32,000 nt of DNA, from assembly GCA_016933055.1 (NCBI GenBank), contig JAFGBS010000014.1, positions 60,001 through 92,000 on the forward strand. Reading direction: 5' to 3'. The stretch comes from Promethearchaeota archaeon. Its GTDB lineage: Archaea; Asgardarchaeota; Lokiarchaeia; Sigyniarchaeales; Promethearchaeaceae. Below are positions 18,639 through 27,248 of this stretch, piece after piece. The position numbers and the translations under genes were made by a program. The notes below the pieces were generated by a model that saw only the letters and a program-made list of their open reading frames with translations, was not told the DNA's origin and did no database searches. Numbering within the stretch: position 1 is the first letter of the stretch; each line of letters opens with the position of its first letter.

Positions 18639-20525
18639 ATGTCGTTTGAATTTGGATTAAAAAATATACTACGCAACTGGAAACAGTCCATATCCTATAT
18701 TGTTACAATTGCAATATTATTTGCGATAACTGTTTTTTTTATCTATCTAGGAAATGGATTAGGAATAGTGTTTTTTGATTCAGTTCCTCGATTTAACATA
18801 ACTACAGTGGAATTATTTTCCCAATATTTCAGATTTATAATCTATTCATCCATGGTTGTCACCCTTGTATGGATTGTCGTAATAAATCACTCCCTTATTC
18901 ATCATAAGACTCATGATATTGCAGTCATAAAGGCAATTGGAGCAATTCAGAGGAAACTGCGATCATTTTTTTTTGCTGTTGTGTTACTAATTGATATTAT
19001 AGGAATTATATTAGGTATTATCTGTGGTTTTTTGCTGTATTTAGTTTTCTTTTTTATCCTTTCTGCAGTAGGTTTCGATATTATAATCTATATTGACTTT
19101 ATTTTTGTACCTATACTTATTATTGGAATCCTCATAATGGTTTTTTTGATCAACGGTTATGAATTATGGAAAATCTCAATGAAAAATTATGCAAGTATTG
19201 CTCTTGGGGATATTCCAAAGAATATTGATATCCAATTTAAAAATTTTATACCAAAAAACAAATTAGGTGCTCGAATAAAGTTAGCTCTTCGAAATTTGAC
19301 TAGAAAACGCAAATCATTTTACCGTGTTCTTATCACTTCAATTTTAACTCTTTCGATAATAGTTACTTTAACTACTAGTGTTTTTATTATTTCGTCTACT
19401 ACAATCCAATCCATACGAGGGGCTCAAGGAAATAATGTAATCGTTATGGGGCATGAAGATGTTGTAAATCATTATATTGAGCGATATGAAGAATTTTCCA
19501 ATTCGGATCTGATATTTACCAACAATGACAACTTGACCTCATTAGAATATTTGATGAATGCATCCGTTGTGGATACGTTGATCAATTCCCATAGTGATAA
19601 AGAAATTTCCTATTGGGATAAGCGTGTATTTGCATATGAATTCGCTCGGGAGATGAAAGGGTATATATACAAACTTGAAAATGGTGAGGAAATTTATCAA
19701 ATTGTTGGAAGTAATCGAACTGCATATGTGCCAGTTTTAGGTCTTGAATTTCAGGAAATATATACTTCTCAATGGCAAATTGTTGGTGATATCGGATATG
19801 ACCCTAATTCCGCTTTAGTGGGGGATACACTTGCGGCACAATTATTTGAAGCCGCGATATTTCAAAGAATTAAATTGGAAAACATTACTACACAAGAATA
19901 TAACGTAACGGGAGTGTTTTTTGATTCATTTTGCGCCGGTTTTTCTACATACGTTCCCTTGGAATCGTTACAGCAAGACTTGAATATATCTAATCAAATT
20001 AATCTTTTAATTGTGGGTCTTTCTCCAACAGCAGATAAGGAAGCAATAATTCAAAGTCTTCAAAGTTCCTTGAATTCCTCATTCGGGAGTGATTTTGTTG
20101 CACGAGATTTAACGGTCGCATTTCGCAATAACCTAAAAGCACTCTATCCGTTCGTGATTGTGTCAATACTAGTAATAATAATCGAAACGGTGGTAATTAT
20201 TGCATCGTTGTTTTATTATCAAATGGGGAATTTTCAAGAGCGTGCACCAGATTACGCAATTATTAAAGGCATTGGTGGGACGAGTAAATTCATTAAACAA
20301 GTGATTTTTTACGAGGATTTTGCGATATTGGCAATTGCATCCAGTATAGCATTAAGTATTAGTTTGATCTTTAACGGAGTAATTTTGTACCAAGACGCTA
20401 TTCTTCCTCCGATCTGGTTAATTATGCTACTTTGGTTGGCTTTATCCGTGATCACAATTCTCATAGTTAAACTTTCTATAGTTCTTCTCTATAAAGAATT
20501 AAAAAGAAAGCAGAAAATTTATTAA
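18639..20525 (+). CDS. FtsX/MacB-family ABC permease with two FtsX modules
   Basis: Two copies of the FtsX loop (DIAVIKAIGA; DYAIIKGIGG); ALRNLTRKRK; one large extracytoplasmic domain; 7 nt after the ATPase. Confidence 0.87.
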   Translation: MSFEFGLKNILRNWKQSISYIVTIAILFAITVFFIYLGNGLGIVFFDSVPRFNITTVELFSQYFRFIIYSSMVVTLVWIVVINHSLIHHKTHDIAVIKAIGAIQRKLRSFFFAVVLLIDIIGIILGIICGFLLYLVFFFILSAVGFDIIIYIDFIFVPILIIGILIMVFLINGYELWKISMKNYASIALGDIPKNIDIQFKNFIPKNKLGARIKLALRNLTRKRKSFYRVLITSILTLSIIVTLTTSVFIISSTTIQSIRGAQGNNVIVMGHEDVVNHYIERYEEFSNSDLIFTNNDNLTSLEYLMNASVVDTLINSHSDKEISYWDKRVFAYEFAREMKGYIYKLENGEEIYQIVGSNRTAYVPVLGLEFQEIYTSQWQIVGDIGYDPNSALVGDTLAAQLFEAAIFQRIKLENITTQEYNVTGVFFDSFCAGFSTYVPLESLQQDLNISNQINLLIVGLSPTADKEAIIQSLQSSLNSSFGSDFVARDLTVAFRNNLKALYPFVIVSILVIIIETVVIIASLFYYQMGNFQERAPDYAIIKGIGGTSKFIKQVIFYEDFAILAIASSIALSISLIFNGVILYQDAILPPIWLIMLLWLALSVITILIVKLSIVLLYKELKRKQKIY

Positions 20526-20553
20526 AAGATTTTGGTAGGATAATATGAAAAAA

Positions 20554-21606
20554 TTACCCTAGCCGTTTCTTAAGATTTTCAATCTCTAATTTTTGCTGTT
20601 TAGTCCGATTTTTCAAAATTTCAATCAAAGACTTCATTTCATTAATTTTAATTTGGTCTTGTCCTGGACCTTGACTAAGAATGGAAATTTTTTCTTGAAG
20701 AGTTTGATTTTCCCGTTTTAAGGCTTCAATTTGTTTTGTGAGATCATTTATATTTAAGTTGGGTTCACTGGAAGATGGTTCAGGACTCAATTTCCACAAC
20801 TTTTCTTTCAAAATATTTTTTGCCTTCTCCAATTCATCTATTTTTCTATCATCTTCGGTAATTTTCGGAACCACTGGTTCTTTTAATATATGTTTTTCTT
20901 CGATCTCCTCTCGTAATTTTTTATTTTGTGCGCGAAGTCTATCATTATTTCTTCGTAATTCTTCAATTAATTCTTGTAAGGGGATTTCTTTGTTTTGAGC
21001 AATTGTATTTTTTTGAGCAAGTTGTTCTTTTAGAGATTCAATTTGATTATCTTTGTCCATCAATAATCCTTGGAGCTGAGATTTTTCGTTATCGACTTCC
21101 GTAATATTTTTTTGGAGTTCATAAAACTCGTTGCTTTTTGTGTTTTTGAGTTTTGAGATTTCTCGTTCCAATAATTCAATGTTATCCCTCAATGAAGCAA
21201 TTTCTTTTTTATCTTTCATCGTGGAAACTTGGATGGTCTTTACAGGTTGTGCACTATCAGGTGTCTCCAAAGTATTCCCACTAATGTTGGTTTGTTCCAA
21301 TTGTTTGCTTAGTTTCTCAATTTGTGCTTTTTGCTTACGAATTTTAATTTGCATATCTTGCACTAAATCGTTCATTGAAGCCACTCCGTCGTATCTTTTC
21401 GTGGATGTTCCACCCAGTGCGGAAGTATTTTCGAGAATGACGATTTTGTTTTCTTTCTTTTGCAAATTTTCATTTAATTCCTGTAATTGACTTTTTAAAT
21501 TTTGGATATCCATTTCCAAGATTTTGATTTTACCATCCTTGGATTTTATTTGAATGTCTTTCGTTTTTAAAGCATTCTCTAATTCTGTGAGCTTATTTTC
21601 AGCCAT
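20554..21606 (-). CDS. Segmented coiled-coil protein with internal repeats
   Basis: K/E/Q/L-rich heptad segments separated by Pro/Ser/Gly linkers; three copies of a 26-aa motif. Confidence 0.8.
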   Translation of the reverse strand: MAENKLTELENALKTKDIQIKSKDGKIKILEMDIQNLKSQLQELNENLQKKENKIVILENTSALGGTSTKRYDGVASMNDLVQDMQIKIRKQKAQIEKLSKQLEQTNISGNTLETPDSAQPVKTIQVSTMKDKKEIASLRDNIELLEREISKLKNTKSNEFYELQKNITEVDNEKSQLQGLLMDKDNQIESLKEQLAQKNTIAQNKEIPLQELIEELRRNNDRLRAQNKKLREEIEEKHILKEPVVPKITEDDRKIDELEKAKNILKEKLWKLSPEPSSSEPNLNINDLTKQIEALKRENQTLQEKISILSQGPGQDQIKINEMKSLIEILKNRTKQQKLEIENLKKRLG

Positions 21607-21696
21607 AAAAAAACCCTTTTGACTTTTGCTATATCTGATTATACATTACTAACTCAAAAATTAATAGTTTTGTCATATATGGAGACCGTGATCAAA

Positions 21697-22704
21697 ATGG
21701 AAATTACCTTCCTTGGTACTTCAGCAGCGGTTCCAACCCGAGAAAGAAACCTTCCCTCAATAGCATTATTGTACAATGGAGATCAGATTCTATTTGATGC
21801 GGGGGAAGACGTTCAAAGACGATTTGAGGACCTTGGTTTGAAATTTAACGCTCCATTATCTATTTTTATATCCCATATGCATGGTGACCATGTAATTGGA
21901 CTACCAGGATTACTTTTTCGTTTCACCCTTATAGGTAGAACTACTGATGTTATTATCTTTGGACCTCCTGGTTTGTTTTCATACTTATACTTACATCGTC
22001 TCGTAACGGGATTACGCGCTCCATTTCTGCATGAAGTATATGAAATCTATTTAGAAGAAAAATTACTACGTAAATATGATTTTCAAGGGAGTTCTGATCA
22101 GAAACCAGAGGAGATCCCAATAAAGAAGAATACACTATATGATACTTCGGACTATTTTGTTGATGCTTTTCCCGTTTGCCATAGTATAATTACGTATGGA
22201 TTTAGATTCCAAGAGAAGCCACGACCGGGAAAATTTTATCCAATGATTGCAAAAAAATTAAAAATTCCCCGGGGTCATTTGTGGAAAGAGATGCAAATGG
22301 GGAAAACCATAAATTATAAAGGAAAATCCTACAATCCAGAAGAATTAGGTATAATTGGACCAAAACGTCAGGGTATTATTATTGCGTATTCAGCAGATAC
22401 GATGCTATGTGAGAAATTACATCCATTGGCGAATAATGCTGATGTTTTTATTTGTGAAGCCACATATGGAAATGAATTAAAAGATCTCGCGGAAGAAAAA
22501 AAGCATATGACAGCCCTTCAATGTGCAGAAATTGCGAGGGATTCGAATGTAGGTCAACTTATTTTGACGCATATTTCTTCACGATATACCGATGAGAATA
22601 TCCTACTAAAAGAGGCTCAATTTATATTCCCTAATACGGTTATTGCGCATGATATGCTACGGTTAACAACGACAAAGAACAGAATACTGAAATTATCTCA
22701 ATAA
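21697..22704 (+). CDS. rnz: Ribonuclease Z (tRNA 3' endonuclease)
   Basis: MEITFLGTSAAVPTRERN; HxHxDH (HMHGDH); exosite region; YSADT; CEATY; HMTA; THISSRY. The ATG at 21697 fits the family better than the TTG at 21619. Confidence 0.95.
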   Translation: MEITFLGTSAAVPTRERNLPSIALLYNGDQILFDAGEDVQRRFEDLGLKFNAPLSIFISHMHGDHVIGLPGLLFRFTLIGRTTDVIIFGPPGLFSYLYLHRLVTGLRAPFLHEVYEIYLEEKLLRKYDFQGSSDQKPEEIPIKKNTLYDTSDYFVDAFPVCHSIITYGFRFQEKPRPGKFYPMIAKKLKIPRGHLWKEMQMGKTINYKGKSYNPEELGIIGPKRQGIIIAYSADTMLCEKLHPLANNADVFICEATYGNELKDLAEEKKHMTALQCAEIARDSNVGQLILTHISSRYTDENILLKEAQFIFPNTVIAHDMLRLTTTKNRILKLSQ

Positions 22705-22742
22705 AAATGATTGTTATTACCAATTTTCTATTCTAAACTAAA

Positions 22743-22758
22743 GTAATAAATTTATTAC
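22743..22758. promoter_or_regulatory. Perfect 16-bp palindrome upstream of the second ubiquitin-like gene
   Basis: GTAATAAATTTATTAC is its own reverse complement. Confidence 0.45.
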
Positions 22759-22817
22759 ATAAAATATAAATGCGAAAAAACTCCTTGTTATATGTAAGTA
22801 AAGGGAGATCCAAACTT

Positions 22818-23039
22818 ATGGACCAAAAACTCGAACATATATATGAAGAATCAAAAACTATAGGCTCACTTAAAGAGTATATTGTTAAAGAAAAACGCAC
22901 TGTGAAGGATTTACTCCACGATTTAAACCTAGATGATAAATATTTTGCTATCTTGGTTGATGGAAAAAAAGCAAGATTGGATACAGAAATAGCTCAAGGT
23001 CAATCTATCGTTGTGCTCCCGAGAATTGCTGGTGGATAA
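22818..23039 (+). CDS. ThiS/MoaD/SAMP2-like ubiquitin-like protein (~73 aa)
   Basis: TVKDLLHDLNL; AILVDG; C-terminal VVLPRIAGG; ATG at 22818 preceded by AAGGGAG. Confidence 0.85.
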   Translation: MDQKLEHIYEESKTIGSLKEYIVKEKRTVKDLLHDLNLDDKYFAILVDGKKARLDTEIAQGQSIVVLPRIAGG

Positions 23040-23175
23040 AAACAATTACAGAATGACGCAGAATATGAAAATTGAAGTGATTACTAAAAGAAGACTCAAT
23101 TTTTAATAAATCTGTGCAGTGTAATAAAGATCGGAAACCTTTTTTTATATCCCATATTGTATTTCTTGAATTGGG

Positions 23176-24834
23176 TTGAACTTTGAAGAGACAGATGATC
23201 TGAGACCAAATGAGAAAATACTTGAACTCTTGGATGACTATTTTACTCAAGCTGGAGAAATTACTTCACATAAGAGACGAGAAACTATTTTTCGTGATAT
23301 GATCAGCCGTCTGATTGAGTTAATTAATGAACTAGCAATAGATGGTGATTCATATGAAGTGGGAGAATACCTCTATTCTGCTGCATACTACCTTGAAGAA
23401 TTTGACTTTAAAGAAGCCCAAGAAATATATGTCCAAGCAATCGGTTATTATGACGAATATCGTATAAAGGAACAAAAATTGGGAAAATTTGAAGAAGCTA
23501 GCTGGGTATCCTACAAAATTGCGGAAACATATCATGATAAATTAGGAGATCAGCAATCTGAAAAAAAGTATATTAGAAAATGCATTGAATATAAAGAAGC
23601 CCTATATGATATTCTGAACGGTTTTAGTAAACCCAGAAAGTTAGCTATTTTAGTATATAATTTAGGAGAATTAAATGCACGTATTAATAATTGGGAACGT
23701 GCAATAGAATATAATAACCTAACTCTTGATATTGCCAAGGAACAGAAATTTTACGACGTAATAGCGAATACTTATCTGAATTTAAGCGATATTCATTTGT
23801 TTATGGATAAAGAAGACAGATCTCGAGATTATATTGAGGAGGCACGTCAATTTTTCTTAAATGAGGAAAAACTCTGTACACAAACTAGACAATTTCGCCA
23901 ATTATCTCAGATTTATCAGATATTAAAAACTATTAATGCGGAAATAAATGATCAAAAAGAATTTGTAAGATTTTCAAGGAAAGAAGCGAAATCTTACATT
24001 GATTGTGCAAAACAAATCCACCGTGAAAAATTAAATTATTTTAAACTCGCAAATTTTTACAAAGGAGCTGCCGTTTGTTTTAAGGAGACTGATTATCTTG
24101 AATGTGCTACTTGTTATTATCTGGCAGCACGTATTTTTCAACAAATTGGGGAATTAACGCAAGCCAATTCCTGCTATAGTGAAGCAGCGGAATTATTTGA
24201 AGAGGTCGGACTTTATAAAAAATCAATTGAATTATATTGCTTAGCTGGAGATGCTAGCTTAAATAATAATGATTTGGAGTTTGCGATTGAAAAATTCATG
24301 AATGCCTTTGACCTCCTTTCTCGAGAGAACATTAATTTCCAAAAAAATGAACTAGCAAGAAAAATCGAAACAAATCTGATGTTACTAAGTAATATTAATG
24401 CGCAAGAAAATCGATTTTTTATCGCAGGTACCTTACTTCTTGAAACCTTGTTCTATTATAAAAAATCAGGATTGCATAAATCACAGAAAGAAATAAATCA
24501 TCTTTTCAAAAAAATAAAAAAATACTATTATTTGGAATATAAGGAACATGAGGCCTCGAGTAAATCGTCGTGGGTTGCTTATATGCTTGCTTTAACAGCA
24601 ATTGCTCATATCAGCTTAGAACAACTAGAAAAAGCCAAGTCCCTTATTTCACGGTTAAAAGACCTAGAAAATAACTCACAGACCATAAAAGCCTATAGAG
24701 AAATTACAGAATTGATTCTTCAAGCAAAAAATAATGAAATTAAGTTTACATTAGGGCATTTAGATAAGAAAAGCAAAAAAATATATTCCGGATCCGAAGA
24801 GATCAAACTTTTTAATAATTTATTGTTTTACTAA
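23176..24834 (+). CDS. TPR-like helical protein with two alpha-SNAP (NSF attachment protein)-like segments
   Basis: aa ~62-140 and ~291-345 match the alpha-SNAP repeat pattern (GKF..A......IAE.Y...L.D; A.....A...FK..D..E...C...A..I....G); TTG start. Confidence 0.6.
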   Translation: MNFEETDDLRPNEKILELLDDYFTQAGEITSHKRRETIFRDMISRLIELINELAIDGDSYEVGEYLYSAAYYLEEFDFKEAQEIYVQAIGYYDEYRIKEQKLGKFEEASWVSYKIAETYHDKLGDQQSEKKYIRKCIEYKEALYDILNGFSKPRKLAILVYNLGELNARINNWERAIEYNNLTLDIAKEQKFYDVIANTYLNLSDIHLFMDKEDRSRDYIEEARQFFLNEEKLCTQTRQFRQLSQIYQILKTINAEINDQKEFVRFSRKEAKSYIDCAKQIHREKLNYFKLANFYKGAAVCFKETDYLECATCYYLAARIFQQIGELTQANSCYSEAAELFEEVGLYKKSIELYCLAGDASLNNNDLEFAIEKFMNAFDLLSRENINFQKNELARKIETNLMLLSNINAQENRFFIAGTLLLETLFYYKKSGLHKSQKEINHLFKKIKKYYYLEYKEHEASSKSSWVAYMLALTAIAHISLEQLEKAKSLISRLKDLENNSQTIKAYREITELILQAKNNEIKFTLGHLDKKSKKIYSGSEEIKLFNNLLFY

Positions 24835-25682
24835 ATTTTTCTCAGTTCTCTACGAGCTTTATGCAGATCTCGATCAATCCCCCAATAAATTAATCGAGGG
24901 AAAAAACGCTTTATTAACCAATATAGTTTCGTATCCCCTGGAAAAATCATAAATTTCTTTTTTAAAATGCCTTTTACAAATACTTCTGCGACAATTTCAG
25001 GTCGTAAGAGTTTTGAATGTTGAGAAATAATTTCGCATTCCTTTGGTTTGAATTTATTCTCTTCAGCAAAGCCCGGTGTATCAGTATCAGGAGGAAATAA
25101 TATAGAAATCGAGATATCATAGGGACGTAATTCATTACGCAGAGATTCTGCTAATCCTACTAATGCAAATTTTGAAGGGGCATACGCTACATACCCCATT
25201 ATTCCTAACAATCCTAATAATGATGATATAAATACAATATGTCCTTTCTTCGCTTTAATGAAATAAGGAAGAATAATTAAAGTGGGAACTAGCTGACCAT
25301 TATAATTCACATCATAATTATTGAGACAATCTTGCAAAGTTAAGGCTTCCACGTATTGAGGAAATGCATACCCCACGCAATTGATTAAGAAGTCTGGTGT
25401 ACCATTTTTTGTGATTTCATCATCCAAAAATGGCTTTAATTTTTTGTAATCGGTACAATCACATGATAGAATTGAAATGCTTTGTTCATTGGAAAATTTT
25501 AGGGATTCACATTCCCTTTGAATAAGTTCCAATGAAGCAATTTCCCTAGCTATGATCAAGACATTCGCACCCAATTGCACGAATAATTTCGATGTTTCTC
25601 TGCCAATTCCTTTTGATCCCCCACAGATAATTACAGATTGTCCCTTAAGTATTTTTTTTCCTATGTATCTTTGAATATTCAT
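24831..25682 (-). CDS. Short-chain dehydrogenase/reductase, 3-ketodihydrosphingosine reductase (KDSR/Tsc10)-like
   Basis: GGSKGIG; S154 and Y167xxxK171 catalytic residues; PPDTDTPGFAEEN; ATG at 25682 overlaps the upstream stop (TAATG). Confidence 0.8.
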   Translation of the reverse strand: MNIQRYIGKKILKGQSVIICGGSKGIGRETSKLFVQLGANVLIIAREIASLELIQRECESLKFSNEQSISILSCDCTDYKKLKPFLDDEITKNGTPDFLINCVGYAFPQYVEALTLQDCLNNYDVNYNGQLVPTLIILPYFIKAKKGHIVFISSLLGLLGIMGYVAYAPSKFALVGLAESLRNELRPYDISISILFPPDTDTPGFAEENKFKPKECEIISQHSKLLRPEIVAEVFVKGILKKKFMIFPGDTKLYWLIKRFFPRLIYWGIDRDLHKARRELRKI

Positions 25683-26089
25683 TATTGGATAACTCCTATA
25701 TATTGGGTAGCACTGATGATGAAGATTGGACCCATTATTAAACAAGCAAGATTTATGAAAATGTTCAGAATAGCATCTCCCACATTTGTGCTGTACTGTT
25801 TATTTTGAAGATTAAAGGAAATATCCACTAGACCGAGAAAAATCAGACCCCCTGAAACTGCGATTGTTAGAATAAATCCATACAGCTTATTATTTAATAC
25901 GCCTATTGCCGAAACTAGTAAACCCGGTGTAATCCAAAATAAGTCCGGGAGAGGAAAGGATCGTTCATAAGCAAAAAAAATATCACTTCTTGAGGGATTT
26001 TTATTTTCAACCAAGAAGAAATAAATCCAAAAACTTGCCATGCCGATCGCAAATATAATTTCCAAGATAGCTAGTAATATGAGTTTCAT
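25682..26089 (-). CDS. Small 4-TM membrane protein translationally coupled to the SDR
   Basis: Four hydrophobic segments; polar ERSFPLPD motif after TM1; TAATG stop/start overlap. Confidence 0.8.
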   Translation of the reverse strand: MKLILLAILEIIFAIGMASFWIYFFLVENKNPSRSDIFFAYERSFPLPDLFWITPGLLVSAIGVLNNKLYGFILTIAVSGGLIFLGLVDISFNLQNKQYSTNVGDAILNIFINLACLIMGPIFIISATQYIGVIQ

Positions 26090-26138
26090 TATATTCCCTT
26101 ATAAAACTACTAAGAATGAAAAATGTTACTGAACAATT

Positions 26139-27242
26139 TTAACTATTAAAAATTTTGGTGATTTCATCCCTTTCATCATACCGTATCTCAGAAGTTTTTC
26201 CTTGAGTGATAATCAAATACTCATTAGTTGCCGTGAGATTTCCAATTTTACTCGCTATTATGCCATTATTTCTCATTAATTGTAGTAAAGAATCACTATC
26301 CTTATCCTCTAACACTATCAATAATGACCCTGATGAAAGTGTTTGAAGAGGATTTAATTTGAAAATTTCGCATAATTTTTTTCCTTCGGGTATGATCGGG
26401 ATTTTTTCATATTCGATTTGAAATCCGCAATTGGAGGCTTTTGATAACTCCACCAAGCCCATAGCTAACCCTCCCTCGGTTGGATCATGCATAGAATGAA
26501 TATTAAAATGCTTAACAGCAAGTAGTGCCTCTTTCATTATACTAATACCGGGATGAAATAGTAAATCTTTCGATCGTCGAATTACCTCTTCAGTTATACC
26601 CATATCAAGTAGCTGCTTTTCTTTTTCACGTGCAATAATCGAAGTACCCTCCAATGGGATCCCTTTTGTAAGTATGATCGCATCACCGGATTTTCCTCCA
26701 CCGGATTGAACATAATTATCCCTCAAAACCTCCCCAAACATAGAACCAATGACAATAGGACGATTCAAATCATATGTAACTTCTGTATGTCCTCCAATTA
26801 AGAGTATTCCTAAGCGAAGACAAGCTGTTTGGATGTCCAAACATATCTTTTTTGCCGTCTGCTCAGTTGCAATTCCGGCCGGTAATAATATTGTTGCTTG
26901 AAACCATTTCGGAGTCGCTCCCATGGCAGCAATATCATTAGCATTAATGTTTACAACATAGTACCCAATGTCTTCAGTTGCAAATGTAATTGGATCGGTT
27001 TTAGTAACAAGATATTTACTGGAATTTTCCATAGAGATAATTGCAGCATCTTCTCCTATACCAAAACCGAGTATTACTCTCTTTTGAGATTCATTATAAA
27101 TCTCTTTATAGTTTGATTGTTCCAGAGTTTTCAGAATCTTTGGGGAGTTATAGGCTTTAAAAATCTCGCTCAATAATTCCATACTCAACTTTCCAATAGG
27201 TAAAACTTTTTCTTCTTTTGGTGTTTTTTTGGGAGGTGTCAC
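26139..27242 (-). CDS. AIR synthase-related (PurM/HypE/ThiL superfamily) ATP-binding protein
   Basis: GEDAAII; KTDPIT; NANDIAAMGATP; GGHTEVT; MHDPTEGG. Confidence 0.9.
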   Translation of the reverse strand: MTPPKKTPKEEKVLPIGKLSMELLSEIFKAYNSPKILKTLEQSNYKEIYNESQKRVILGFGIGEDAAIISMENSSKYLVTKTDPITFATEDIGYYVVNINANDIAAMGATPKWFQATILLPAGIATEQTAKKICLDIQTACLRLGILLIGGHTEVTYDLNRPIVIGSMFGEVLRDNYVQSGGGKSGDAIILTKGIPLEGTSIIAREKEKQLLDMGITEEVIRRSKDLLFHPGISIMKEALLAVKHFNIHSMHDPTEGGLAMGLVELSKASNCGFQIEYEKIPIIPEGKKLCEIFKLNPLQTLSSGSLLIVLEDKDSDSLLQLMRNNGIIASKIGNLTATNEYLIITQGKTSEIRYDERDEITKIFNS

Positions 27243-27248
27243 TTTATC

